Source: Eledone cirrhosa (Eukaryota). Taken from it: a DNA stretch of 64,000 nt. Where the stretch lies: assembly GCA_964016885.1 (NCBI GenBank), contig OZ024759.1:25482001-25546000 (forward strand), in the 5' to 3' direction. The notes below the pieces were generated by a model, which was not told the DNA's origin, made no database searches, and saw only the letters and a program-made list of their open reading frames with translations. A program made the position numbers and the translations under genes. Positions 44,791 through 60,895 of this stretch are shown one piece after another. Within the stretch, counting starts at the first letter, position 1. Each line of letters begins with the position of its first letter.

Positions 44791-45419
44791 TATACATACA
44801 TACATACATACATACATACATACATACATACATACATACATACATACATACATACATACATACATACATCTACACTAACAATCCCAATAACAACAATAAG
44901 AATAAAAATAATAATAATAACAATAATAGTAATATTAACAACCACAATGATATCATCAACAATAGTAACAACAATAACAACAGTAACAACAGCAATAATA
45001 ATTGTTTCTACTTTTGGTACAAGGCCAGTGCATTACTGGTACTTTATTTTATCGACCTCGTAAGGATGAAAGGCAAAGCTAACCTCGGCGGGATTTGAAC
45101 TCAGAATGGCAAGGGCCGTAACTCTATGCGTCAAAGCATGGCGTCCGACCCTCTACTGATACTGCCAATTCACCGCCCTAACAACAGCAATAATAATAAC
45201 AACAATAACAACAATAACAACCACAATAACATCAACAATAACAACAATAACAACAACAATAACATCAACAATAACAACCACAGTAAACATCAACAATAAC
45301 AATAGTAACAGCCACCATAACAACAGTAACAACAACAATAACAATAACACTAACAATCACAATAACAACAACAATAAAATAGAAACAGCAATAGTAATAA
45401 CCAGAACAACAATAACAAC

Positions 45420-46960
45420 AACAACAGTAATAACATCAGTAACAAACACAACAACAATAGTAACAATAACAACTGCGATAACAACAGTAATAACATCAGT
45501 AACAAACACAACAACAATAGTAACAAAATAACAACTGTGATAACAACAGTAATAACAACAGTAATAAACACAACAACAATAGTAACAATAAGAACTGTGA
45601 TAACAACAGTAATAACAACAGTAATAAACACAACAACAATAGTAATAATAACAACTGTGATAACAACAGTAATAACAACAGTAACAAACACAACAATAGT
45701 AACAATAACAACTGTGATAACAACAGTAATAACAACAGTAACAAACACAACAACAATAGTAACAAAATAACAACTGTGATAACAACAGTAATAACAACAG
45801 TAACAAACACAACAATAGTAACAATAACAACTGTGATAACAACAGTAATAACATCAGTGACAAACACAACAACAATAGTAACAATAACAACTGTGATAAC
45901 AACAGTAATAACATCAGTAACAAACACAACAACAATAGTAACAATAACAACTGTGATAACAACAGTAATAACATCAGTGACAAACACAACAACAATAGTA
46001 ACAATAACAATGATAACAACAGTAATAACATCAGTAATAAACACAACAACAATCGTAACAATAACAACTGTGATAACAACAGTAATAACATCAGTAACAA
46101 ACACAACAACAATAGTAACAATAACAACTGTGATAACAACAGTAATAACATCAGTGACAAACACAACAACAATAGTAACAATAACAACTGTGATAACAAC
46201 AGTAATAACATCAGTGACAAACACAACAACAATAGTAACAATAAGAACTGTGATAACAACAGTAATAACAACAGTAACAAACACAACAACAATAGTAACA
46301 ATAAGAACTGTGATAACAACAGTAATAACAACAGTAACAAACACAACAACAATAGTAACAATAACAACTGTGATAACAACAGTAATAACATCAGTAACAA
46401 ACACAACAACAATAGTAACAATAAGAACTGTGATAACAACAGTAATAACAACAGTAACAAACACAACAACAATAGTAACAATAACAATGATAACAACAGT
46501 AATAACAACAGTAACACACACAACAACAATAGTAACAATAAGAACTGTGATAACAACAGTAATAACAACAGTAACAAACACAACAACAATAGTAACAATA
46601 AGAACTGTGATAACAACAGTAATAACATCAGTAACAAACACAACAACAATAGTCACAATAACAACTGTGATAACAACAGTAATAACAATAGTAATAAACA
46701 CAACAACAATAGTCACAATAACAACTGCGATAACAACAGTAATAACAACAGTAACAAACACAACAACAATAGTCACAATAACAACTGTGATAACAACAGT
46801 AATAACAACATTAATAAACACAACAACAATAGTAACAATAACAACTGTGATAACAACAGTAATAACATCAGTAATAAACACAACAACAATAGTAACAATA
46901 ACAACTGTGATAACAACAGTAATAACATCAGTAACAAACACAACAACAATAGTAACAACA
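45420..46960. repeat. 57/60-bp minisatellite derived from AAC/AAT triplets
   Basis: acaacaacaatagtaacaataacaactgtgataacaacagtaataacatcagtaacaaac, about 25 copies. Confidence 0.9.
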
Positions 46961-47429
46961 TCAAGAGTAATAACAACAGTAACAACCACAATAACAACAA
47001 CAGTAGTAACAAGAGTAACAACCACAATAACAACCACAATAACAACAACAATAACAACAACAATAATAACTACAATAACAACCACAATACTAATAATAAC
47101 AACAAACAACAAACAACAAACAACAGTATAACAACGGAAACAAGATTGCGAGGTTTAAAGCCTGGTTGCTCTGTGGGCGGGGCATATTATAATGACAAAT
47201 AACTGACAAGTATCTCAGCGAATGAAATAACAAAGTAGACGGAGCCTAAGGTTGGTTTGCTTTCGCGGAGCCTTATGGCGATTTGTCTAGAAAGCAGACA
47301 GTATTGGCAGCCATGTTGGTGTGAAACAGCCTATGATGTTTGACTTCCTAAAATTCTGTTGACCCCCCACTCCATACATATGTATATGCTTAGATATGTT
47401 ATCTATCTATTATCTATATATATATACAA

Positions 47430-47473
<44 letters not shown>

Positions 47474-47683
47474 TATATATATGTTTCTATGTGTATATAT
47501 ATTTATATATATATATATGCATATATATACATGTATATGTATGTGTATATATATATATATAATATATATATACATATATATACATATATATAGGGTTCTT
47601 ATATATTTGATATATATTTATCCTTACCGAGACCTCTTTCGATTTTAGTCTTCAAATTTATTATTATTCAAATTTATTATTAT

Positions 47684-47784
<101 letters not shown>

Positions 47785-47881
47785 GGTACGTTATTCCGGG
47801 TTGAATCGGAGGTAACCACAGTAAGTAAGGTACTCAATACATTGCAGAGTATAAAATAGTGTAGAATCTCATCTATATTAA

Positions 47882-47941
<60 letters not shown>

Positions 47942-48048
47942 ATAATAATAAATTAGAAGACTAAAATCCAAAGAGGGCTCGATAAGGATAAATATATATC
48001 AATTATATACGAACCATAGAGCAAATATTTATTAAAATAACAGATTAA

Positions 48049-48099
48049 AGTTTAAGCAAAGAATTGCTGCTTTCACCATTAACGGGATCTTCTGAAACT
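48049..48099 (-). ncRNA. Hammerhead-like motif with variant core CAGAAGA
   Basis: AGTTT-CAGAAGA-TCCCGTTAATGGT-GAAA-GCA(9 nt)TGC-TT-AAACT. Same family at 34851-34896 and 22261-22308. Confidence 0.5.
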
Positions 48100-48166
48100 C
48101 GTTAAGATCCCGTTAAGGGTGAAAGCAGCGATTCTTTGCTTACACTTTAATCTGTTATTTTATTAA

Positions 48167-48236
<70 letters not shown>

Positions 48237-48252
48237 GTATATGTATATATAT

Positions 48253-48336
<84 letters not shown>

Positions 48337-48337
48337 G

Positions 48338-48392
<55 letters not shown>

Positions 48393-48640
48393 GTATATAT
48401 ATATGAGGAATTTAGGAACAGTTTAGGTATGATACATTTTATTACTAATTATATCTAAATGTTTCTTCTCTCTTCATAATGTATTTTTAACTCTGATACT
48501 GGTTCAGTCTGGTTCAAACTGAATTGGTCTGTCCCAGTCATTCATTGAGCAACATCGGTGAAGTTGGCACCCTTAACTCACAGTTGGGTGCGGATGCATT
48601 CATGTATATATGTGTGTGTCCGCATGTATCTGTGTGTTTC

Positions 48641-48815
<175 letters not shown>

Positions 48816-48908
48816 ATTAATGCATCTTCTCTTTTCATGATATCCGGATTACATTGAGTTCTTCATACGGATTGGACACTACCGTAAACTTTTGGTAGAT
48901 TTATCTAC

Positions 48909-48948
<40 letters not shown>

Positions 48949-48985
48949 GTATATATATATATCTATGCATATATATATATATATG

Positions 48986-49016
<31 letters not shown>

Positions 49017-49030
49017 GTATATATATGTAT

Positions 49031-49070
<40 letters not shown>

Positions 49071-49071
49071 G

Positions 49072-49146
<75 letters not shown>

Positions 49147-49211
49147 GTATATATATATGTTTATATATATATATGTATATATATGTATATATATATATAT
49201 GTATATATATG

Positions 49212-49358
<147 letters not shown>

Positions 49359-49583
49359 GTTTGTTTGTATGTGTATATATATGTATATATATATCATATA
49401 TATTATATTATATATATATATGCATATACATATATATATAATATGATATATATGATGTATATATATATGCATATACATATATATATAATATGATATATAT
49501 GATGTATATATATATGCATATATATATATATATAGAGAGAGAGACAATTATGGTGTGCTTTCATCAGATAAAATAAAATATAT

Positions 49584-49646
49584 ATTTTATCTGATGAAAG
49601 CACACCATAATTTAACTTGGTGTCCTTGAAATATGTATAATGAAAT
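49584..49646 (+). ncRNA. Hammerhead motif (family of 31578)
   Basis: ATTTTAT-CTGATGA-AAGCACACCA...TGGTGTCCTT-GAAA-TATGTA-TA-ATGAAAT. Confidence 0.65.
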
Positions 49647-50457
49647 AAATATGGTTTTATAAATATAGTTTCCATTTGTTAATATATCGTATTTTCACTC
49701 CAATAATTTGTTGAGTGCTTTATATCAGTTATAAAAATATTTGCTTGTTGTATCCCAACAATTTAAATAGAACTTCTACATATATATATATGCCATTTTG
49801 AAAGGCAGTGTTCTAGCGAAATGAAGCGAGACCAATGTTTGTAAAGAGAGGAACTTTAATAAATATATATATATATACATAGAGGGAGAGCGAGAGAGAG
49901 AGACAGGAGGGAGAGAGAGCGAGAGAGAGAGACAGAGGGGAGAGAGTGAGAAAGAGAGAGAGAGAGAGATAGAGAGAGACTGTATTATCTCTTCTTCCAA
50001 ATATGTTATCAGAATTTAATATAAATTTATAGTTTAAACAGGTCATCGTGTCCAAATATACATTGATGCGGTCTTAAAATTTTTTACATAGCTACCTACA
50101 CACACACACGCGCGCGCGCGCACCACACATATATATAGATAATGTATATATACAAAGATTTCTAATACAAATTCATCTTAAAGTAAAGATAAATTTGTAT
50201 TAACAACCTTGGTTTTCATTCTGTATTAACTATTTATGTTCTGTGACTTTCACTGTCCTCATCCAACAGAGTACACCTTTGACTCGACTTGGATTCCTGC
50301 ATACTGTCGACTATAATTACGATTTGAGCTTTACACGTCTTACCAAAAACAATAGTGGATTGTCCCACTATAATTACCTACCTATATATATATATATATA
50401 TATATATATAATGTGTGTGTGTGTATTTGTATATATATATATACATATGTATATATG

Positions 50458-50520
<63 letters not shown>

Positions 50521-50660
50521 AGAAATGTTAGCTATCGCCGTATTTTGACTAAAGAAATTAAAGAAATTATTTAGCCTGATAGTGGGGTTAAGAACCCTCG
50601 GAGAAATGGAAAAAGATGAGTATTGACGTACATATATATATATACATATATATATATACA

Positions 50661-50785
50661 TATATTTGAAAAAAGGAAAAGAATGACTTCACTTGTAGTT
50701 GGAGTTCTAAATAATTTAATTTTATATCAAATTATTTAGAACATCAACTACAAGTGAAGTCATTCTTTCCTTTTTTCAAATATAC
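50661..50785. repeat. Inverted repeat (arms of about 55 bp) between TA tracts
   Basis: tatatttgaaaaaaggaaaagaatgacttcacttgtagttg...caactacaagtgaagtcattctttccttttttcaaatata. Confidence 0.7.
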
Positions 50786-50823
50786 CTAACTGTACCAAGG
50801 ATCTCACACATTTTCCTATATAT

Positions 50824-50907
<84 letters not shown>

Positions 50908-50994
50908 TTTTTCACTGCCAAATCAACTTTTCAAATACAAGTCGATGTTGAACGGTATGTCAAATCTATTTATCTATAAAACTGTCTATATTGT

Positions 50995-51058
50995 ATTTTG
51001 TCTGAGGAAGGCATAGCATATTGTTAATATGATATCCCTGAAATATATATAATGAAAT
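50995..51058 (+). ncRNA. Hammerhead motif (divergent member of the 31578 family)
   Basis: ATTTTGT-CTGAGGA-AGGCATAGCATATT(GTT)AATATGATATCCCT-GAAA-TATATA-TA-ATGAAAT. Confidence 0.55.
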
Positions 51059-51191
51059 AAATATGGTTTTATAAATATAGTTTCCATTTATTTAATATCG
51101 TAAATATACTCCAAATACTTGTTGAGTGCTTTTATATCAGTTATAAATATTTACTAGTTGTAACCCAACAATTTAAATATAACTTTCCATG

Positions 51192-51222
<31 letters not shown>

Positions 51223-51561
51223 AAATTTAGTACAGCATCAACGAAGCCATGGTTGCAGCCAAGCTAACGAACGCAGTTTCGGTGTGCAGCTAAGCACTCG
51301 ATAGGGTATATAACCCTAGAGTTATAACATTACGTTTAGACAGCTTTGCAAATTGAAGACATCGACCGATAGAAGGGCCGCAGTGACCATAGCGACGAAA
51401 AAGACTGAACTCAGGAAAAATTTGTTGACTAACCTGGACCATCACGTGGATATCATACGCAACACATAATATATACCATATAATATGCATCACGTATAAT
51501 CCATAATATCTCCGGTAGGTTTCTGTAAATCCGAAATCGACAAAATCCACTTGCAGGGGTC

Positions 51562-51607
<46 letters not shown>

Positions 51608-52004
51608 TGAGTATGTGTGTGTGTGTGCATCACAGGTTCAATAGGGAGTAACCACAGTTACTCAATACATTAGTAGAGTGTGTAAACATGAAATTTAATG
51701 TAGAAATGGCTTCTACAGGACTAGAAATTTTCATTCAAAAGAAATCATTAGGAAAGCTAGCTTTCCTGACGATTATTAATGGTAGGGTCTAAGCCGTATG
51801 AAGAACTCAATGTAATCCGTATGTAAAAGATGTCGTGAAGCAAAGTTTAAAATACAAAATTTCAACGATATAATTCATTGGATACAGAATCAAAAATACA
51901 AATAGTGAAAACAATGAAATTAAACAAAAAACGGTTAATTCATAGTAAAATTAATTATTTGTTAGCGAATAAAAATTGTATAAGTATGTAGGCGTTCTTT
52001 GATT

Positions 52005-52075
<71 letters not shown>

Positions 52076-53084
52076 AATATTATATATATATATATATAAA
52101 ATAAATCAAAGAACGCCTACATACTTATACAATTATTCGCTAACAATGTTTCATCCATACCGTGGGGCAGGAATTCTCAGAGCGTAATCAATAAAAAATA
52201 TAGTGCTGAATATAGGCTCTACCAAGCTTAGTCACCAGAACAGTAGAGAAACAGTACAGGATAGCATGAGGGAGATTGGATATGAGAAGGATGGAGAGAA
52301 TGCGTACTGGGTTTATTAGTCAACATTATAACAAACCATCATAATACAATAACACAGGCAGATTTTCCCACAAGAGACTGAGGCATGTGAAAGCATACAA
52401 AAGCAATCTTAAGATTGCTTTTGTATGCTTAAAGATAATTTAAAAAAAATAAAATAAAATAAAAAATTATATATAAAAAAAGGATTTTAAGAAAAATAGT
52501 TTTAAAATAATAATTAAAAATAATTAATTGGAAGTAATTAAAATTAATTAAAAAGCTTAAACATTTTTTTAAAGGAATTAAAACATTTAAAAATTACAAA
52601 AATATAAGTAAAAATATTTTAAAATATTTAAAAATAATTTAAAAAAATGTTTAAACCTACAAATTAAAAATTAAAAAATGATTAAAAAAATACATAAAGT
52701 AATTAAACAAATGGGGAAAGGAAAAAAATTGAGGCATATGAAGAGTCAACAAAGGAGGGTATGCAATAGTTACTATAGAAGACAGATCATTTAGTTTCCC
52801 ATGCCTTAGAGTCATGGAATACTATGAGATCCATAGCGTATCTTCAGAAGGTCTAAAGGGGATGTTATCCCCCCTCCCCCATAGTATGCACAAACAGGGT
52901 ATAGCAGTAGGTTCTGGAATTGTGTGGACAAGAGGTGTTAAACTTGCACATCGAAAGAGAGATTGATAAAGATAGGGAGAGGGATTGATAGAGATGGAAA
53001 GAGAGAGTGAGAAAGAAATATATATATATATATTCTTTTTTGGAGGGGGTTCCAAAGACTAAGGTACCCCGGATTCACGGATCC

Positions 53085-53186
<102 letters not shown>

Positions 53187-53854
53187 TGGATTGAGAGGAG
53201 AGGCTGTGTGGTTACTGATAACGAGTGTTAGAAGGTAAGGAGACACAAACAAGAGATGGACAGTCTCCCTTCGTCAGTAGTTTACTACGGATCACGGATG
53301 TTTCGGCGCATTATAAACTATATATCTATATGTGGCGCGCCCATAGCCTTTTATCTCTCAAAAGGCCATGAGGGAGAGAAAGAAAAGAAGAAAGAGAGAA
53401 GAAAAAAGGAAGAGAAAAACGAAAAAAAAAGGAAAAAACGAAGTAAACATACCGATATATATATCACTTCTTTTTTCTCACTCTCTATCCTTCTCTGTAC
53501 GAAATCTGCAGACCTGTAGAGGAGATAGACTCTGCCAGGTATACGAAATACGAAGAATCACCGGATGTCAATACGTTCTCCCTACGACTCACTCAAGAGT
53601 TACGGGACCACACATGCATAATATAATGCACTTGAAAAGTTCAGAAAACGGCAATAAGACTATCATATATACCGAAACACATAGAGGCACTAAAGAAACT
53701 CAACTCTTCTGAATGTTAAGAATGTGTTTCTTATAATTACCTTTTATTTATGACTTCATACCTGATAAATTAGCAAACTATTATGATGGAATGTTAATTA
53801 ATCTTGTGTGAAACATTCTGCAGAAATAACCTCAAATCCGGTGTTTTGTGGGAG

Positions 53855-54385
53855 CCAATACATAGCCGGATTAAACGTGGAGGACATCCTGAAGAAATAA
53901 CCCCAATACATGGCCGGATTAAACGTGGAGGACATCCTGTAGAAATAACCCCAATACACAGCCGGATTAAACGTGGAGGACATCCTGAAGAAATAACCCC
54001 AATACACAGCCGGATTAAACGTGGAGGGCATCCTGAAGAAATAACCCCAATACACAGCCGGATTAAACGTGGAGGACATCCTGAAGAAATAACCCCAATA
54101 CACAGCCGGATTAAACGTGGGGGACATCCTGAAGAAATAACCCCAATACACAGCCGGATTAAACGTGGAGGACATCCTGAAGAAATAACCCCAATAGACA
54201 GCCGGATTAAACATAGAATACAAGGTCACTTTGTGAGATATCCTGAACAAAATGACCAAAATAGCCTAATTAAAGGAGGCATTCTGAAGAAATAACCTCT
54301 AAAATATAATCCCAATACATAGCCGGATTAAACGTGGAAGACATCTTGAAAAATAACACGATACATAACCGGATTAAACGTGGGA
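53855..54385. repeat. 48-bp minisatellite
   Basis: ccaatacacagccggattaaacgtggaggacatcctgaagaaataacc, about 7 contiguous copies plus 2 degenerate copies. Confidence 0.9.
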
Positions 54386-54815
54386 GACAAACTAATAATA
54401 TTACCAACAAACTTTAAAAAGACACTGGACTTAAAGACTGTATCAAAACTATGATCAGTGGTTGTGGATCAAGATATCTGGCATGGCTTACTTTCTCTGG
54501 TTCAATCTGGAAATCATCTCAGATAAACTGAAATTGAGAGGTTCATTATTGCTCACTTCACGGATTTAATTAAATCATTAAACGGCTACTTATGTTTCCG
54601 ATGTTGTTTTCGTCATGAAATCGCAGGTAGCCTGAATTAAGTCAAATACACACACACATACACACACATATAAATACACACACACACACATATATACACA
54701 CACACACATATATGTATATATACATACATACACACACACATATATATATATATATACATATATGTATGTATTTATATGTATGCATAAATATATCTATATA
54801 CATATATATGTATGA

Positions 54816-54892
<77 letters not shown>

Positions 54893-54978
54893 CATATATA
54901 TATATATACATATATACATGCATACATACATATATATATATATACATGTATGTGTAACTATATATGTATATATATATA

Positions 54979-55010
<32 letters not shown>

Positions 55011-55011
55011 C

Positions 55012-55120
<109 letters not shown>

Positions 55121-55925
55121 AATATATATATATATACGCACATACACTCCCACACACACACATCAAATCTTCCATCAACCCCAATTTCACCCTACTTTTC
55201 TATTACTCATGTTAAACTTTTTGCCTTTCCTTCCGTAAGAAGTTCTTTCTTCTGCCCTCAACTTTGGCCATTTCTTCTCTTTCTCTGCCCTCGTTTCCTC
55301 TTCCACAATTTTCTTCTCTTTCCTCTGTTCACATCTCACATTCTCATGCTGTTAATAAAGCTGGGTCACCGATATAATCGGTAGAGCAACGACGGAAATG
55401 CTTTGTGTTATTTCACTTCGTCCCTTTACGTTTTGAGTTCAAATTTTGCCCTACCCCAAGGTCGACTTTGGATTTCATCCTTCTTCATGTCGATAAAATA
55501 AAATACCAGTAATGTACTGAGGTCGATATAATCGACCCCCCCCCCACTGCCTTCTTCTCACACATTGGTGGTCTTGTGCCTAAATTAGAAACTAGTAATC
55601 GTTATTTGACTACGCCCCCTTTACATTCCCAGTTCTTCAGTTCATCAGTTCAATGATTCTTTTCAGTTCATCATCGTCGCCATCATCGTCATAATAATCA
55701 TCAGTATCAACAAGGCCGTCATCATCCTCTTCTTCGTCGTCATTTTCGTCATCCTCCTCCTCATCATCACCATCATTATCATCATTTTCGTCATCATCGT
55801 CATCATCGTCATCATCACTATCGGCATCATCCTCGTCATCATTGTCGCCGTCGTCATCATCATCATCGTCGTCATCATCGTCATCATCACTATCGGCATC
55901 ATCCTCGTCATCATTGTCGCCGTCG

Positions 55926-55969
<44 letters not shown>

Positions 55970-56248
55970 TAATGATATTTCTTACTTTCAAGACTTCAAC
56001 TCTGCTTCAGGGCTTGGTGTTTGGTAACAGGCAGTTCCAGTAAGAGAAAGGACACGACACCACTCTACACCCAAACCATATATATATATATACATATACA
56101 TATACATATATATATATATATATACATACATATATACATGTATATATATATATATAACAGGACACATTTATTTGATATCCTTCATTAAACTATTTCTTAA
56201 CGGGGTAGCGGTGTACTAGAGGGAAAATAACAGTAATAATAATAATAA

Positions 56249-56800
56249 TTGTTTCTACGTGTGGCACAAGGCCAGCAATTATCCCAGTGTATTACTGGTA
56301 CTTTATTTTATCGACCCCGTAAGGATGAAAGGCAAAGTTAACCTCGGCCGGATTTGAACTGAGACCGTAAAGAGGTATAACTCTATGCGTCAAAGCATGG
56401 CGTCCGACCCTCTACTAATACTGCCAATCCACTAATAATGGTTTCTGATTCAGGCATTTGGCGGAAACGGAAAGTCGATTAAATCGACCCAGTGCATTAC
56501 TGGTACTTTATTTTATTGTCCCCGTAAGGATGAAAGGCAAAGCTAACCTCGACGGAATTTGAACTCAGAACTTAAAGGACCTTGTAAAGATATTTACTGT
56601 TGTTTGTGCCCTTGTGGCATTTTGGCAGTATCGATAGAGGGTCGGATGCCATGCTTTGACGCATAGAGTTACGGCCCTTGCTATTCTGAGTTCAAATCCC
56701 GCCGAGGTTAACTTTGCCTTTCATCCTTACGGGGTCGATAAAAATAAAGTACCAGTAATACATTGGGCAATTGCTGGCCTTGTGCCAAAAGTAGAAACAA
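56249..56800. mobile_element. SINE cluster: two minus copies and one plus copy, forming an inverted pair
   Basis: 56249-56432 (-), 56436-56580 (-), 56620-56800 (+). Confidence 0.8.
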
Positions 56801-56939
56801 TTATTTGTATGACAATTGATTGTAAAATGTGTGTATTATCAAATTTTGCCTCGGGTGCCATGTTGCCACTCGGCATGATTTGGGAAAGAAGCAGAACTCA
56901 AAGGAAGTTTCAAATAATAATAATAGTAGTAGTAGTAGT

Positions 56940-56974
<35 letters not shown>

Positions 56975-58454
56975 TAGTAACAATAATAACGGTATAGATT
57001 TTATTATAAATAAATTGATATAATCGCCGTGAAAGGACAGAAGCCAAGTGAGTTGTTTTAACAATTAGTGCATGCTTTTGGCACATCAGTGTTGGGTGTA
57101 TCGTAAACAAATATGGCGACATCAAAGAAAAGAGGGTCAAAGCGAAGCTCTTACACAAACAGGTTTATATAGCATTGAAATAAGAGAATGAAGACAAACA
57201 ATAGAAAACATTCAATGGTGAGATATATCTATTTAAAACAACGTAAAGAATGATGTGCTCATGCGCGGAGGTGCTATGGAATAGCTTATAAAATAGGATG
57301 AAGACCCTTAAAAGATGGGAAAAATTTGCCATCGGTTTGAAGCACCTAGCCGGTATCTGAGAGATATGGGGTTCGATTCCTCATACAGGTCGATGACAAC
57401 TTCCTTTTCTGTCTTTAAAGAGTTTTCACCTTATTTTATAAGCTATTTTGTAGCATCCCCGCGTATGAGAACATCATTCTTTATATCAATTTTATCTTCT
57501 CAGCGCTTCGTAAAAATCCGAGAGAAATCGGCTACGTATACACGATTTAAAACTATGTATGCATGTATGCATGAATGTATGTGTGTGTATATATGTATAA
57601 ATGTATGCATGCATGTATATATGTATGCATGTGTGTGTGTGTGTATATGTATGTATATATGCATGTATGTATGTATGTATGTATGTATGTATGTATGTAT
57701 GTATGTATGTATGTATGTTGTGACAATAACTGGTTGCCTTTCACTCCCAGGTAAAAAAAAAGTACTATTTGGATGCCCTTTTAAGAGAGGGAAACTCTGA
57801 AAAAAAAAACCTGCGGCTTCGGAAGCATCCGATGATGTTGACCACTTCTCCTTTTCGGGTAGTGTTTTCGATGCTCAGAGGGTGGGATTGGTCGAGTGCA
57901 AGTCCTTTCCCCACTTAAAAAACCTTCAAAGCACAGGCATTGCTTGTTCAGGATATGTTACTGGTTCTTGTGGCTGGCCTTAGCCTAAAAGTGTACCAAA
58001 CTCTATAATCTGACCAGCGATTACAGTACTCTTAGTAGAGTTTGCAGCCATCATGTATATATGTATTTGTGTATGTGTGATGTATGCAAGAACCGATAAC
58101 TTCTGCTGGAGTCGTAAGGGCATCGAAATGTCATACAGATGATTTCGAGAGAGAGAGAGAGAGAGAGATGGGGTGTGTGTGTGTGGAGGGCGTAAGAAAG
58201 AGATATAAGAAGAAGAAACGACCCAGTATTGGACTGGTACTTTATTAAGAACATGACTATACTAAAATATAACAAAATCTGTTTGAACACATGATTTCAC
58301 ATCATGAGCTTTACAAAACAATATATGTATATATATCCTGAAAACTTACAGTTTTGCAATGTATTAAACCAAGTTATATATTTTTTTCATATAAGTTTTA
58401 TTTATAAGATCTTAAAGTCTTTAATTTTAGTTTTCGCAGCCAAAATATATATCT

Positions 58455-58800
58455 AATGCCCACGTTTTGCCGCGCAGCCTCGTGTAGACGTTTGATAAAA
58501 CCAGTGATTAATCGTGATAACAACACAAACGAGCGAAAGTCGCTCTCCGGATACAGAAAACGGATACGCTTGGCAACGGAAGGTCAGCTTTCTACAGAGA
58601 GACTCCATTCAACCAGAGGCCACTTCCGGTAGAAGGTCAGTAACAATAGACGGGCCTAAGTAGTCTCAGGAATTATAGCGGGAGGAAACAGTTTGGTTAT
58701 CCGATTTCGGCACTCGCACAACTGTTTCTGCCCATGTATCCCCAACACAGATGACACATCAGATAGTATTATTTAGTTCAAGATGGCGGCAAGGTTTTCA
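58455..58800. promoter_or_regulatory. Candidate housekeeping-type promoter
   Basis: Locally CpG-rich unique sequence with an ETS site CACTTCCGGT (58621-58630) and a full YY1 consensus CAAGATGGCGGC (58779-58790). Confidence 0.45.
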
Positions 58801-59541
58801 TAGTCACGATTAAACAACAGGTTAAATAATACACAATATACTATCTATCGTTTTTTTAAACGTTTTCTGAGTTCAAATCCCGCCGAGGTTAGCTTTGCCT
58901 TTCATGCGAACGGAGATTGATAGAATATAGTACCAGTAACGAACTGAGGGTCGATTTAATTACCCCCCCCCCCCAAAAAAAAAAATTGTACAGCTACAAC
59001 AACGACAACAATAATAAAACCAACAACTGCAACAACAATAACAGCAATAATAAAAAAAATAATGATGATTTCTACTATAGGCACAAGGTCAGTAGTAATT
59101 TTGGGGGAGGGGAAAGTCGATTGAATCGAACCTAGTGCGTGACTAGTACTTTATTTTATCGACCCCGTAAGGATGAAAGGCAAAGTTAACCTTGGCAGGA
59201 CGTTGAACTCAAATCATAAAGGGCCGTAACTCTATGCTGCACAAGCATGGCGTCCGACCCTCTACCGATACTGCTAATCCAACCGCCCTAACACAACCAC
59301 AACCACAACAATAATAACAATAACAGCAACAACTGTAACAACAATAAAATCAATAATAATAATAACCCAGTCAGCCATTTCACCATGATCAGTTTACTGA
59401 CAACAAGCGATGATGAAAAGAGAATTTTTGGGTTAAAATTTAGTGGTTTAAAATATGAAACAATGCAACTATCACAGGTGTTTCCTCCATAAAACAGGTG
59501 ATAAATATTGATATGACAGTTCACTCATCAATGGTGTATAC

Positions 59542-59585
<44 letters not shown>

Positions 59586-59999
59586 GTGCATGTATGTGTG
59601 TATATATTATATTTGTTTTGCGAGGTTTTTTACCCTCCCCAAGTATATATATATATATATATGGGTGAGAAGAGATAATACGAACGCCACATTAGTAAGT
59701 AAAATTAAGAAAATTAACAAAGAAAAGACAACACAAAGAACGAAGACAAAACAAAATTATACCACAGATAGCAAATTATTTTATCTAACAATTTGCGAGC
59801 AGTTAGTCTACAGGTGTCATCAGAATTTAATTAAAATACCAGTACAAATCATTCAAGAAAAAACAGATAATGTATATCACTCATCAAAATATCAAAATAA
59901 ATCACTGCTAAAAAGCATATGGTGTCAGTTGTATTAAAAATTATTTGGAAGCTAAAATACACCGAGTAAATGAGTAAAGTTCGCACTAGTTAATATTAC

Positions 60000-60115
<116 letters not shown>

Positions 60116-60346
60116 TGTGTGGATGGCGTATGAACATGTGTGCAGGCGCATACGTGTGTGCATGAATGCTCGATTTAACCATGTAATGATGAGGAAATTT
60201 CTAGTCAGTTCTTCTGTAGTTGGCACGAACTAATCATTGAAGTATGATGATGATGATGCATTTTTTATGACCAGATTAGGTTAAGGGGTTTGACGAACAG
60301 ATATGGTCAATACACATATATATATATTTATATTTATATATATACG

Positions 60347-60387
<41 letters not shown>

Positions 60388-60516
60388 GTGTGTGTTTACA
60401 CCTGCCGAATTGTGCTCTAATTCCAGCAGGTGTTTCACCTACTCACTGGACACTGACCGGAAGTAATTCTTCAAAAGGTGACCAAACAACACCAGCAGTA
60501 ATTGGCTTGTTCTCTC

Positions 60517-60558
<42 letters not shown>

Positions 60559-60859
60559 AGCAAACATTCACACACATATATACACACAAACATATATATA
60601 TATATATATATATATATGTGTATATAAATATGTTTATATAAATATATATACACGCACGTACACACACACATATATATACACTTACACACAAATACAAACA
60701 TACACATACACACGCAAATACACACGTACACATACATACACAACTACACAGATTATTTAAGTTATCTGATGCTTAACAATAACTGGTAACATTAGTTTTC
60801 GCTGTTTTCCGTTTCAAAATAGAAAATACTCCAGCTGACAAATCTAACATGACATTATA

Positions 60860-60895
<36 letters not shown>

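Noticed and set aside
45350-47131. 430-538 aa Thr/Ile/Val- or Leu-rich ORFs (mucin-like)
   Set aside because: By-product of a 57/60-bp AAC/AAT minisatellite that is open in several frames on both strands, with no unique coding flanks.
53855-54210. CRISPR-like or tandem hammerhead array
   Set aside because: The repeats are contiguous with no unique spacers, the context is eukaryotic, and CTGAAGA is not followed by stem II and GAAA.
57335-57395. tRNA gene (GGTTCGATTCC T-loop; also about 5926-5965 on the minus strand)
   Set aside because: No complete cloverleaf is visible. More likely tRNA-derived repeat fragments.
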